A stretch of DNA of 64,000 bases from an uncultured Lachnospiraceae bacterium (GCA_910588565.1 CAJUPF010000006.1:531-64530); one strand, 5' to 3'; shown: positions 9,012-18,917, numbered from the stretch's first letter. Program-made: numbers and translations. Notes: generated from the sequence alone by a model not told the origin.

Positions 9012-9087
9012 ATATAGTGGATCGGGCATGAGAAGGAGAAACTGTCCAAAACGGGCGGCTTTCTTCTTCTCTTCTGCCTTTTTTATA

Positions 9088-9222
9088 ATGTCCAAAAAAA
9101 GACAAAAAGGAGGAAATACCCTTCGGGTATACCTCTATGTCCAAAAAAAGACAAAAAGGAGGAAATACCCTTCGGGTATACCTCTATGTCCAAAAAACAG
9201 AGACAAGAAGGAGGAAATATGA
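9088..9222 (+). repeat. 49-bp tandem repeat (2 full copies plus 1 diverged) covering the Shine-Dalgarno/start region of the ATPase gene
   Basis: ATGTCCAAAAAAAGACAAAAAGGAGGAAATACCCTTCGGGTATACCTCT occurs at 9088 and 9137. A diverged third copy starts at 9186. Each full unit carries GGAGG and the hairpin ATACCC-TTC-GGGTAT. Confidence 0.95.
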
Positions 9223-11924
9223 ATTTTCAAGGATTGAATGATCAGGAGGTTGTATCGTCACGGGAGAAATACGGTTCCAATGTGATCCCTGATTCAGAGC
9301 CGACCACATTCTGGGAGGAGTTTAAGGAGACATTTGGCGATCCCATGATTAAGATACTGCTTGCCATAGCAGCGCTTATGATTGTGATGTTCTTCTTTGG
9401 CTACGCGGAGATTTACGAACCTGTAGGCACCATTGTGGCGGTGCTGATTGTAGCGTTTGTATCGGCAAAGACAGGTGTTGCCAGCGACACCAAGTACAGA
9501 GAATTAAAAGACAGCACAAAAAAAGACCAGTGTAAAGTACACCGGAATGGCATAATCACTGTGATTGATGTGGATGATGTCGTAACAGGAGACAAGATTT
9601 TACTGCAGTCCGGCGATAAAATCCCGGCGGACGGTATCTTAGTTTCCGGGAAACTGGCAGTAGATAACTCCGCTTTAAACGGAGAAGCGGAGGAGTGTAA
9701 AAAAACAGCGGCGACTGCAGATTTTCAGCTGGCGGATAACATTACAGGGGACACTTTTGTAGACAGCCATTCCCTGTTCCGCGGCGCGGTTGTATTTGAC
9801 GGAGAAGGCGTTCTTGACGTCAGAAAAGTCGGATTAAAAACCATGATGGGGAAAATGGCGGAGGAAATGCAGGAAGAAGAGCCGGATTCTCCGTTAAAAG
9901 TGAAACTGGCGAAACTGGCTAATCAGATTTCTACGTTTGGTTATATTGGCGCAATTGTAATCGCGATTTTGTATCTGGCCTATTTTATGATGAATGCAGG
10001 CGGCGTATCCGCATTTTTCGCCCTTGGCGCGGAAGTGGTAATCAAAAAAATCGTAGAAGCCGTATCGCTTGCGGTTGTAATTATCGTCTGCGCAGTTCCT
10101 GAGGGCCTGCCGCTGATGATTTCTCTGGTGCTGATGCAGAATACAAGCAAAATGCTGGCTCATAACGTACTTGTCCGCAAGGCGGAAGGTATTGAAACAG
10201 CGGGTTCTTTAAATATTTTATTCAGCGATAAAACCGGAACCATTACAAAAGGAATGCTCGAAGTCGTGGATTTCTTCACAGCGGACGGCAAATCCATTGC
10301 GATCAGTGATTTAAGCGGGCACAGCAGTGTAAAAGGCTTGATTGACTATGCGATTGGGAAAAATACCCAGTCTATGTTTGACGGCGAACACAGAGTGATC
10401 GGCGGAAACGCTACCGATCAGGCGCTGATGAAATTTATCGGTGAAACGACGTTCCATGCTCTGGAGGCAGATAAAAAATGCCTGGTAACAAAATCCCAGG
10501 GATTTAATTCCACCAATAAATTCAGCCAGGCCAGAATTGACAGCCTGGGAAAAACCTTCTATAAAGGAGCGCCGGAACGCCTGCTTGCTTCTGCGCAGAA
10601 ATATCTGGACGCAGACGGCCAGGTTCAGACAATAGACTCCGCAGTTTTGAATAAGAAAATCGATGATCTGGCTGCAAAAGCCATGCGTGTCCTGGCATTT
10701 GGCTATTCAGAATCTGAGCTTGTAGAAAATAAGATCAACGAAGATATCGTTATTATCGGCCTGGTAGGAATCCGTGACGATGTGCGCGCGGAAGCCAGAG
10801 AAGCGATCCAGGAAGTGCAGAATGCCGGAATCCAGGTAGTTATGATTACCGGAGACCGTTTGGAGACGGCGGTTGCCATTGCAAAAGACGCCGGACTGCT
10901 GAAGGATGATTCTGATAAAGCGCTATCTTCCGCACAGTTAAATGAAATGTCGGATGATGAAGTAAAGAAAATTATTCCTGATATCCGTGTGATTGCAAGG
11001 GCGCTGCCTACCGATAAATCCAGAATGGTGCGTCTGTGCCAGGAAATGAATCTGGTGGTAGGCATGACAGGAGACGGCGTCAACGATTCCCCGGCGCTGA
11101 AACGAGCCGACGTGGGATTTGCTATGGGCAGCGGGACAGAAGCGGCCAAAGAAGCCGGTAAGATTGTAATTTTAGACGATAACTTTAAGTCTATCAAAGA
11201 TGCGATCTGGTACGGCAGGACGATTTACCACAATATATTAAAATTCTGTAAATTCCAGCTTGTGATTAATGTTGCGGCTGTCGTTGTCAGCGCGATTGCG
11301 CCGTTCTTCGGCGTAGAGGAACCGTTAAAAGTAACGCATCTTCTGTTTGTCAATCTGGTCATGGATGGGTTGGGCGCAATTATGCTTGGAAACGAGCCTG
11401 CACTGAAGAAATATATGCATGAGAAACCAAGAAGAAGAGATGAAAGCATTGTAAGCAAAAAGATGATGGCACAGATTATAACTATGGGCGTATGGCTGAC
11501 GATTGTCAGTTTTGCATTCTTAAAGCTGCCGTTTTTTGCCAACCTATTTGGTGGCTGGGCAGTGGATGAGGCCGGACAGGCGCTGCAGGGTGTTCCAAAC
11601 GGTAAACACCTGACAGGATATTTTGTATTATTTATTGTAAGCGCCCTCTTTAACGGCTTTAACGTAAGGGATGACGGATTCCGCATCTTTAAGGGCTTAA
11701 ATGAAAATACCGGATTCTTAAAAGTATTTTTTATCATTATTCTGGTGCAGGCGTTAATTGTAAATGCCGGATTAGTACCCCTTGCTCCGTTTGCCTGGAT
11801 TGGAAATATGTTCAGCTGCGTGCCTTTTGGAATTCAGGGGTGGATTGCGGTTGTGCTGCTGGCAGTGACGATGATTCCGGTGGACTTGATCCGGAAAGTG
11901 ATTGTAGGAGATACGAAATCTTAA
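9219..11924 (+). CDS. P-type (P2, PMCA/SERCA-like) calcium-translocating ATPase
   Basis: Motifs PEGLP, DKTGTIT, MITGD and GDGVNDSPALKRADVGFAMG. Start is ambiguous: ATG 9219 (GGAGG 4 nt upstream) or ATG 9186 (ORF-track start). Confidence 0.9.
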   Translation: MNFQGLNDQEVVSSREKYGSNVIPDSEPTTFWEEFKETFGDPMIKILLAIAALMIVMFFFGYAEIYEPVGTIVAVLIVAFVSAKTGVASDTKYRELKDSTKKDQCKVHRNGIITVIDVDDVVTGDKILLQSGDKIPADGILVSGKLAVDNSALNGEAEECKKTAATADFQLADNITGDTFVDSHSLFRGAVVFDGEGVLDVRKVGLKTMMGKMAEEMQEEEPDSPLKVKLAKLANQISTFGYIGAIVIAILYLAYFMMNAGGVSAFFALGAEVVIKKIVEAVSLAVVIIVCAVPEGLPLMISLVLMQNTSKMLAHNVLVRKAEGIETAGSLNILFSDKTGTITKGMLEVVDFFTADGKSIAISDLSGHSSVKGLIDYAIGKNTQSMFDGEHRVIGGNATDQALMKFIGETTFHALEADKKCLVTKSQGFNSTNKFSQARIDSLGKTFYKGAPERLLASAQKYLDADGQVQTIDSAVLNKKIDDLAAKAMRVLAFGYSESELVENKINEDIVIIGLVGIRDDVRAEAREAIQEVQNAGIQVVMITGDRLETAVAIAKDAGLLKDDSDKALSSAQLNEMSDDEVKKIIPDIRVIARALPTDKSRMVRLCQEMNLVVGMTGDGVNDSPALKRADVGFAMGSGTEAAKEAGKIVILDDNFKSIKDAIWYGRTIYHNILKFCKFQLVINVAAVVVSAIAPFFGVEEPLKVTHLLFVNLVMDGLGAIMLGNEPALKKYMHEKPRRRDESIVSKKMMAQIITMGVWLTIVSFAFLKLPFFANLFGGWAVDEAGQALQGVPNGKHLTGYFVLFIVSALFNGFNVRDDGFRIFKGLNENTGFLKVFFIIILVQALIVNAGLVPLAPFAWIGNMFSCVPFGIQGWIAVVLLAVTMIPVDLIRKVIVGDTKS

Positions 11925-11925
11925 G

Positions 11926-12759
11926 ATGATAATGTTTTTTACAGATTTGGACAATACGCTGATTTATTCTTATAAACATGATATCGGAATGGCGAAGCGG
12001 TGTGTGGAGGTGTATCAGGGCAGGGAAATCTCCTTTATGACAGAGGAGACATATACGCTTTTAAATAAAGTAAAAAAGGCGGTAACAATTGTCCCTGTGA
12101 CTACACGGACCGTGGAGCAGTACGGAAGAATTGACCTGGGAATCGGGCAGTTTCCCTATGCGCTGGTGTGCAATGGCGGTATTCTGCTTGCAGATGGAAA
12201 AGAGGACGCGTTATGGTACAGGAAGTCGCTAGAACTGGTGTCAGACTGTACAAAGGAACTGGCGTATGGGGAAGTTTTGCTTGGGCAGGATCGAAACCGC
12301 TGCCTGGAAGTGCGGAATATCCGCGGGCTTTTTCTGTTTACAAAGAGCAAAAAGCCGCTGGAATCTGTGCGTTTCCTGAGAAAAGAGCTGGATACGGCAG
12401 CGGTGGATGTGTTTTGCAATGGGATGAAAGTGTATATTGTGCCAAAGAAATTAAATAAAGGGAATGCGGTATCGCGGCTACGGGAACGAGTGAAGGCGGA
12501 TTATGTGATAGCGGCTGGGGACAGTGAATTTGATGTTCCCATGCTGCTGTCAGCCCAGCTTGCGTTTGCGCCGGATGCGCTTAAAGAGAGTGAAGTATTT
12601 GCGGAAATTCAGAGAAATTCGGATGTACGGCACGGCGGATCGGGAGAAGCGGTGCAATGTGCCGGGGGAGTGCATGAGAATATTGTGTTTATGCGGGGAG
12701 ACAGAGTTTTTTCAGAAGAATTGCTGACGTATATAATCAGAAACTGCCGGAAAGGATAA
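11926..12759 (+). CDS. HAD-superfamily hydrolase (IIB-like phosphatase)
   Basis: Motif I FTDLDNTL and motif IV GDSEFDVPML. Its start is 2 nt after the ATPase stop. Confidence 0.75.
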   Translation: MIMFFTDLDNTLIYSYKHDIGMAKRCVEVYQGREISFMTEETYTLLNKVKKAVTIVPVTTRTVEQYGRIDLGIGQFPYALVCNGGILLADGKEDALWYRKSLELVSDCTKELAYGEVLLGQDRNRCLEVRNIRGLFLFTKSKKPLESVRFLRKELDTAAVDVFCNGMKVYIVPKKLNKGNAVSRLRERVKADYVIAAGDSEFDVPMLLSAQLAFAPDALKESEVFAEIQRNSDVRHGGSGEAVQCAGGVHENIVFMRGDRVFSEELLTYIIRNCRKG

Positions 12760-12788
12760 GAAGTGAGAGCTTTCCGGCAGTTTTTTTG
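12742..12788 (+). terminator. Rho-independent terminator closing the ter/ATPase/HAD unit
   Basis: ACTGCCGGAAAG, 15-nt loop, CTTTCCGGCAGT, then TTTTTTT. Confidence 0.85.
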
Positions 12789-12823
12789 TGCTTGTCTGAA
12801 CCGGAAAAAAATTCATAATTTAC

Positions 12824-12850
12824 TAAGGAAATCACAAAAACAACCGATAA
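12824..12850 (+). promoter_or_regulatory. Sigma-28 (SigD/FliA)-type promoter upstream of flgM
   Basis: TAAG-N15-ACCGATAA, against the consensus TAAA-N15-GCCGATAA. Confidence 0.6.
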
Positions 12851-12930
12851 ATAGTGTAAGAGCGAATGAGAATAGTTAGAGAAAGACTATTTTTCGTAGA
12901 AGATATTTCAAGGAAGAAAGGGGATCGGTT

Positions 12931-13212
12931 ATGCGTATAGAGGCTTATAATCAGATGGCTGGTTTGTATAAGAGCAGTAAGTCTGGAAAAGTATCCAAAT
13001 CGTATGATGCCGTGATCGGAAGGGACGAAGTGACTATTTCGCGGGCTGGTTATGATTATCAAATTGCAAAGCAGGCAGTAGCAGAAGCTTCAGACATCAG
13101 GGAAGATAAAGTCGCTCAGTTAAAAGCAAGAGTGGAATCGGGAAGTTACAGAGTCGATGCCGGAGATTTTGCCAGCAAGCTGCTGGAGAAATATAACGCC
13201 TTGAAAGGTTAG
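12931..13212 (+). CDS. flgM: Anti-sigma-28 factor FlgM
   Basis: 93 aa. C-terminal ...KVAQLKARVESGSYRVDAGDFASKLLE is typical of FlgM. Position before flgN-flgK. Confidence 0.85.
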   Translation: MRIEAYNQMAGLYKSSKSGKVSKSYDAVIGRDEVTISRAGYDYQIAKQAVAEASDIREDKVAQLKARVESGSYRVDAGDFASKLLEKYNALKG

Positions 13213-13222
13213 GAGGATACCA

Positions 13223-13735
13223 GTGGCTAGTTTAATGGATAATCTTGTAGAAGTCTTAGAAGAAGAAAATACCCAGTATGAGAAGCTTGTGGAATTATCC
13301 AAAGATAAGAAGCAGGCGATCATTCAGGCGGATATCGCTGCGTTAGAGAAGATCACGGAACAGGAGCAGGACGTTTCCAGCGTCCTGCTGAACCTTGATA
13401 ACCGAAGGGACGCAGTTCTAAAAGATATGGCGGATGTTCTCGGCAAGGATTTTGAAGAGATGACCATTACACGGCTGATTGGGTATTTAGAACAGCAGCC
13501 AAAAGAGCAGGAACGCCTGTCACGGATTCGTGCCAAGATCCTGACGACAGGGAATCAGATGCAGGAATGGAACAAGCGGAATGAGGCTCTTTTGAATCAG
13601 GCGCTTGAAATGGTAGAATTCGATCTCACCTTGTTTAAAAGCATGCGGCAGGCGCCCGAGACGGCGAATTATGACAAGAATGCTTACAATACGGGTGATC
13701 TGCTGGGAAGCAGCGGATTTGACGCAAAACAATAG
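13223..13735 (+). CDS. flgN: Flagellar export chaperone FlgN-like (GTG start)
   Basis: Helical 170-aa protein between flgM and flgK. N-terminus MASLMDNLVEVLEEENTQYEKLVELSKDKKQAI is FlgN-like. Confidence 0.7.
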   Translation: MASLMDNLVEVLEEENTQYEKLVELSKDKKQAIIQADIAALEKITEQEQDVSSVLLNLDNRRDAVLKDMADVLGKDFEEMTITRLIGYLEQQPKEQERLSRIRAKILTTGNQMQEWNKRNEALLNQALEMVEFDLTLFKSMRQAPETANYDKNAYNTGDLLGSSGFDAKQ

Positions 13736-13746
13736 GAGGAAGAATC

Positions 13747-15495
13747 ATGGCCAATTCAATGGGAAGTTTATTTATCGGGGCGTCCGGCTTACAGACGAGC
13801 CAGAACGCCCTGAATACGACTGCGAATAACCTTTCAAATGTCGATACGGAAGGTTATGTCAGAGAGCGGGTACTGCAGTCGGATCGCAATTATCTTACCT
13901 TCAATACAACGGCTTCCATCAGCCGCCAGCAGTCCGGGCTTGGCGTGACGATCGGGGATGTTGTACATGCGAGGGATATTTTTTTGGATAAAACCTATCG
14001 GACCCAGACAGGGCGCCATGGGTTTTATTCTGCTACATACGAAGCAATCAATGAAGTAGAGACATTGTTCCAGGAATTAGAAGGAACATCATTTCAGGAA
14101 ATTCTTACTGGGAACAACGGTTTATGGGTGGCATTCCAGGAGTTTGCCAAAGACCCGTCCGACAGGACCAATCAGAATCTGGTGATCCAGAGAGCCAGCT
14201 TGTTTGCCAGCAGGGCGGAAGCTGTGTACAGCGGGCTGAAATATTATCAGTCGGATCTGAATCTGCAGATCAAAGAAGCGATCCAGGAAGTCAATGATAT
14301 CGGCGCGAAGCTAAAGCAGTTAAACCTTGACATTATGAAGACAGAAGCCGGCGGCATCGAAACGGCGATGAATCTCCGGGACGTCAGGGATACGCTTTTA
14401 GATGAACTGTCTGCCTATGGAAGGATTGACTACAAGGAACTTGCGAACGGCATGGTCAAGGTGAATTTTGAAGGCGTGCCCTTTGTAGATGAGCTTCATG
14501 TCTATGATCTTGGCATGAAAGAAGATGAGATTACCGGATTTGTCACACCGTACTGGCCTTATCTGTCCGATACGGAAAAAGGCGAGTATTATCTGGCATA
14601 TAATACAGCCGAAGAGATTTCCACAGAGCGAAAGACTGATATCGGAAAAATCAAAGCTCTCCTGTTTGCCAGAGGAGAAAAATATGCAAATTATAAAGAT
14701 ATTGAAAACATTTCCGTACAGAAATACGATCAGACGCTTGGCAATTCCGTGATGATGAATGCACAGGCAGAGCTTGATATGCTGGTGCATACCGTAGTGA
14801 CTAAGATCAATGATCTGTTTGCCCCGAATATTACTTACAATGCACCGATTACCGGAAGGGATGAGAATGGCAATCCGGTATCTTTTCCGCCGGGACAGAA
14901 AATATTAGACGTGGATAACTGCTGTGTGGGTGCGGATGAAGCGCTTCCGCCGCAGGAACTGTTTACCAGAATCGGCTGTTCCCGTTATACAACCGTATAT
15001 GGGGATGATAATAAGACATATTATGTATATAACCAGGAACCGGAAGACGATACTTCCAAACAGTATACCATTGGAAGCATCCGTATCAATGCAAAGCTTT
15101 TAGAGAGCGAGTCGCTGCTTCCGGCATTTGAGCAGAACGGGCGCGAAGGAGAACTGCCCATTGCCTATCGATTGGGAGAAGCTCTGGCGGCATTATGGGA
15201 TGAAGACACCCTGTTCTTAAGCCCTCATGACACGACGCCGTGTACATTCAGTGAATATTATTCCAAAATGACTGGCGAAATGGCTACGTTGGGAGATGTA
15301 TTTGGTTCCATGACGACTGGCTTAGAAGGCACTTCACTGGCCACCAATAACGCGAGACAGCAGATAATTGGCGTATCTTCCGACGAAGAACTGAGCAATA
15401 TGATCAAATTCCAGAACGCATATAATGCGTCCAGCCGGTTTATCAACGTAATCAGTGAAATGATTGAGACGATTATCTACCGGATGGGTTCCTAA
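13747..15495 (+). CDS. flgK: Flagellar hook-associated protein 1 (FlgK family), paralog A
   Basis: N-terminal rod/hook motif TTANNLSNVDTEGY. C-terminal MIKFQNAYNASSRFINVISEMIETII. Confidence 0.85.
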   Translation: MANSMGSLFIGASGLQTSQNALNTTANNLSNVDTEGYVRERVLQSDRNYLTFNTTASISRQQSGLGVTIGDVVHARDIFLDKTYRTQTGRHGFYSATYEAINEVETLFQELEGTSFQEILTGNNGLWVAFQEFAKDPSDRTNQNLVIQRASLFASRAEAVYSGLKYYQSDLNLQIKEAIQEVNDIGAKLKQLNLDIMKTEAGGIETAMNLRDVRDTLLDELSAYGRIDYKELANGMVKVNFEGVPFVDELHVYDLGMKEDEITGFVTPYWPYLSDTEKGEYYLAYNTAEEISTERKTDIGKIKALLFARGEKYANYKDIENISVQKYDQTLGNSVMMNAQAELDMLVHTVVTKINDLFAPNITYNAPITGRDENGNPVSFPPGQKILDVDNCCVGADEALPPQELFTRIGCSRYTTVYGDDNKTYYVYNQEPEDDTSKQYTIGSIRINAKLLESESLLPAFEQNGREGELPIAYRLGEALAALWDEDTLFLSPHDTTPCTFSEYYSKMTGEMATLGDVFGSMTTGLEGTSLATNNARQQIIGVSSDEELSNMIKFQNAYNASSRFINVISEMIETIIYRMGS

Positions 15496-15518
15496 GAATA
15501 AGAAAGAGGTGTTAAGAT

Positions 15519-17372
15519 ATGCCATCAACATTTTTTGGATTAAATATAGCTTCTTCCGCTATGAACGCGTTTCAGGTGGCGGTAAATACAACGGCGAATA
15601 ATATATCAAATGTACAGACGGAAGGTTACAGTAAACAGGTTGCGAACCGGCAGGCGTCCGAAGGGCTTCGGGTCTATCAGAAGTTTGGAATGGCCGGAAC
15701 CGGCGTTACGACGGAATCCATTACATCCTTACGGAGCGTCTACTACGATACAAAATATTGGAACAACCAGGCTTCGGTTGGCAATTATAATACCAAACTG
15801 ACCTATTTGAACCAGATTGAGAATTATTTTATTGACGACGGCGAGACGCAGCCAGGATTTTCCACGATTTTTGCAAACATGTTCAATCAGATGAACGCGC
15901 TGACCAGCGACGCGGGGAATATTGACAGGCGCAAGAATTTTGTCAGTGAGACGCAGAGCTTTGCCTCCTATTTTCATGATGTGGCGGCCGATCTGCAGGA
16001 TTTGCAGAAAGACTGTAATGAACAGATCAGTTCTCTGGTGCAGCGGATCAACGCCAGCACACAGAAGATTGCTTCTCTGACCAAACAGATCAATACCATT
16101 GAGCTTGAGAACGGCATGAGGGCAAATGAGCTGCGGGATCAGCGTGCGCTGATTATCGATCAGATTTCTGAGATAGTGCCCGTCAGTGTAGAGGAAAGCC
16201 CGATTACGAACAGCAATTATCCGGATATGTATCTGGGCGGCACAAATTATATTGTAAAATTAGACGGCCAGACTTTGATTAACAATTATGATTATAAAAC
16301 CCTGACCTGCGTACCCAGGGAGAATAAAGTCAACCAGACCGATGCGGATGGCTTGTATGACATTGTCTGGTCCGACACAGGGATGAAGTTCAATGTTAAC
16401 GCAAAATCGATGAACGGCTCCCTGCGGGCGCTGTTTGACGTCCGGGACGGCAATCACGCGGAGAATTTTCAGGGAGACGTACTAAGCGCTACAAATAAAT
16501 TTATTAAAATAAAACCCAGCACCATGACGACTGTAGAGTCGATGACAATGGCTGCCGAGGGCGTCATTACGATTAAGAACAAAGAATATTACTATTCAGG
16601 GTTTACGGCGGAGCTGGATGAAAATGGTAAGGTAATTTCTTATACGTTTGAGATGGAACAGAGCATGGAGACTTCTGCGGCGGCTGCTGTAATTGGAAAG
16701 AGTGCGCAGATTGGCGCGAGCGTGGAGGCCATGGGAATTCCCTACTATATGGCGCAGATGAGTGAATTTTTACGGTGTTTCAGCGGACGGTTCAATGCAT
16801 ATCAGAAGGGAGCCATGGATCTGAATGAAGATGAAATGGGCGCTTTCTTTGTAGCGACCGGATTTGACGGAACGGAATACAGTTTTAACCAGCATACCGT
16901 AGGGAAAGACGGCGTAACAAGCCAGGATTCTGTGATATCGTCTTCCTCGGACTGCTATTATCAGCTAACGGCGTTCAGCTTTAACGTAGCGGATGCAATT
17001 GTCCGAGATCCTTCAAAATTTGCGACTTCCATGGATGTTACCGGCGATAAGGTCGACGCGCATGAGATCATTGACGAGATGTTAAAGCTGCAGAATGAAA
17101 TCAAGTTATTCCGCGGCGGCAGCGCGTCAGATTTTCTGCATTGTATTTATACCGATATTTCAGTAGATACAAATGAAGCCGAAATTTTCCAGAAAAATTT
17201 TAACGATATTGCAAGTGCAATCACAACCCAGCGGTTATCTATATCAGGCGTGGATGAAGACGAAGAAGCGCTGGATATCGTAAAATTCCAGAACGCATAC
17301 AATCTGGCGGCCCGCATGGTTCAGTGCATGTCGGAAATGTATGATAAGCTGATTCAGGAAACCGGCGTATAA
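15519..17372 (+). CDS. flgK: Flagellar hook-associated protein 1 (FlgK family), paralog B (canonical N-terminus)
   Basis: MPSTFFGLNIASSAMNAFQVAVNTTANNISNVQTEGYSKQ. C-terminal IVKFQNAYNLAARMVQCMSEMYDKLI. Confidence 0.9.
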   Translation: MPSTFFGLNIASSAMNAFQVAVNTTANNISNVQTEGYSKQVANRQASEGLRVYQKFGMAGTGVTTESITSLRSVYYDTKYWNNQASVGNYNTKLTYLNQIENYFIDDGETQPGFSTIFANMFNQMNALTSDAGNIDRRKNFVSETQSFASYFHDVAADLQDLQKDCNEQISSLVQRINASTQKIASLTKQINTIELENGMRANELRDQRALIIDQISEIVPVSVEESPITNSNYPDMYLGGTNYIVKLDGQTLINNYDYKTLTCVPRENKVNQTDADGLYDIVWSDTGMKFNVNAKSMNGSLRALFDVRDGNHAENFQGDVLSATNKFIKIKPSTMTTVESMTMAAEGVITIKNKEYYYSGFTAELDENGKVISYTFEMEQSMETSAAAAVIGKSAQIGASVEAMGIPYYMAQMSEFLRCFSGRFNAYQKGAMDLNEDEMGAFFVATGFDGTEYSFNQHTVGKDGVTSQDSVISSSSDCYYQLTAFSFNVADAIVRDPSKFATSMDVTGDKVDAHEIIDEMLKLQNEIKLFRGGSASDFLHCIYTDISVDTNEAEIFQKNFNDIASAITTQRLSISGVDEDEEALDIVKFQNAYNLAARMVQCMSEMYDKLIQETGV

Positions 17373-17385
17373 TAGGAGGTAGGCT

Positions 17386-18903
17386 ATGCGAATAACTAAT
17401 AATATGATGATTAAAAATACAGCGGCCAATATCAACGGCAATAAAGGCAATGTCCTGGATCTGAATAATCAGATGGCGTCGCAGAAAAAGATACAGCGGC
17501 CGTCCCAGGACCCGGTTATTGCAATCCGTGCGCTGCGTCTTAGGACTTCTTTAAGTAAGATTAACCAGTATTATGAGAAAAACATCCCGGATGTACAAAC
17601 CTGGTTTGAAAATACGGAGACGTCCTTGAAAAATATGAACAAAATCCTGACAGATATCCGTACCCAGTGTGTAAACGGCACCAACTCTTATCTGACCCAG
17701 GATGACAGAAAGACGATATTATCCGCTTTGACAGCATTAAAGTCACAGATTTACGGCGAAGGAAACTCCGATAATGCAGGAAGAACCGTATTTACCGGAT
17801 ATAAAACCAATTCCCAGCTGACTTTTATGGAGGATGAAGCGGAAACATCCTATAAAATTACACAAAGCTTTTCCTATAAGGATATTGAAGAATACACATA
17901 CTACAGCGGCAGCATCGAAGTGCCTACGACACTGACGGAAGTTCAGGATACAACTAAAATCTGTGAGATTGATAAAGACAATTTTGACAGAATCCGTCTG
18001 GCATATGACGACTTAAAAGAGGATGATTTCAGCGTGTCCTACACGATTGACGGCACTACAACAGAAGACGCTCCGGTTACCATTTATGCTTCTGAGGAAG
18101 AATGGGCAGCAGCAGATCCGAATGGGAAAAACATCAAACAAGTCGGGGAAAACGAGATTATCTTTATCCAAAATACCGGAGATGTGATTTTTGGAAGCGC
18201 CATCAGCCAGGAGTTAAAATCAGGCAGGGCTACGATTGATATCGACTATCAGAAAGAGGGATTTGCCAAAGGCGAGCTCCGTCCGGAGTACTACTACAAC
18301 TGTACGGATGTGAGCGACGCAGCCAATCCAATCGAATACACCAGATATGATGAAAATGGCAAGAAAATCTATGAAGACATCAACTATACGGTAGCTTTAA
18401 ACCAGACCATTACCGTGAATATGCAGGCGGATGAGGTCTTTGATATGAGCATATACCAGGATGTGGTAGAACTTACCGACGCTGTTTCCGATGCCATCAA
18501 TGCCCATGATAAATTAGACCGTCTGAAACTGATGAAAGAAGAAGCGCAGTATGTAGATCATCAGGAAGAAATACAGGCATGGATCGATGCGGCGCAGAAA
18601 GAAGCCGATTATGCGGATAACCGCCTGACGGAGCTTTACAGTGCGGGCATCGGCAACTTTGACAACTATATGTCAAAGCTCAATCAGGCATATACCGAGG
18701 TCGGCGCAAGAGGGGAGCAGCTTGAAATGATAGAAGCCCGCCTCAGCAACCAGCAGCTTGTCACAGAAGAGCTGAAATCTACCAATGAAGATAAAGAAAT
18801 ATCAGATATTATTATTGAATATACAGCAGCCTATAATGCCTATACCGCATCCTTAATGGCATCCAGCAAGATTAACCAGCAGACGCTGCTGAACTACATT
18901 TAA
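17386..18903 (+). CDS. flgL: Flagellar hook-associated protein 3 (FlgL)
   Basis: MRITNNMM... with flagellin-like N- and C-termini (QRPSQDPVIAIRAL..., ...YNAYTASLMASSKINQQTLLNYI). Follows flgK. Confidence 0.88.
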   Translation: MRITNNMMIKNTAANINGNKGNVLDLNNQMASQKKIQRPSQDPVIAIRALRLRTSLSKINQYYEKNIPDVQTWFENTETSLKNMNKILTDIRTQCVNGTNSYLTQDDRKTILSALTALKSQIYGEGNSDNAGRTVFTGYKTNSQLTFMEDEAETSYKITQSFSYKDIEEYTYYSGSIEVPTTLTEVQDTTKICEIDKDNFDRIRLAYDDLKEDDFSVSYTIDGTTTEDAPVTIYASEEEWAAADPNGKNIKQVGENEIIFIQNTGDVIFGSAISQELKSGRATIDIDYQKEGFAKGELRPEYYYNCTDVSDAANPIEYTRYDENGKKIYEDINYTVALNQTITVNMQADEVFDMSIYQDVVELTDAVSDAINAHDKLDRLKLMKEEAQYVDHQEEIQAWIDAAQKEADYADNRLTELYSAGIGNFDNYMSKLNQAYTEVGARGEQLEMIEARLSNQQLVTEELKSTNEDKEISDIIIEYTAAYNAYTASLMASSKINQQTLLNYI

Positions 18904-18917
18904 AAGCGAGGTTTAGG

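Noticed and set aside
9012-9087. Terminator after terD3 (purine-rich GAGAAGGAGAA ... pyrimidine-rich TTCTTCTTCTCTTCTGCC followed by TTTTTT)
   Set aside because: The arms pair only imperfectly, with several mismatches or wobbles in every register I tried. Left as uncertain because it bears on whether the ATPase is co-transcribed with the ter genes.
9028-9222. 64-aa plus-strand ORF upstream of the ATPase
   Set aside because: It reads across the terD terminator-like region and the 49-bp repeats. The long form is unlikely to be a gene. Only the repeat-internal ATGs are discussed, as possible uORFs.
9088-9222. The 49-bp repeats (and the 132-bp repeats at 2797-3100) as a CRISPR array
   Set aside because: The repeats are directly abutting with no unique spacers. 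One set is in-frame coding sequence and the other overlaps a start region. No cas genes are present.
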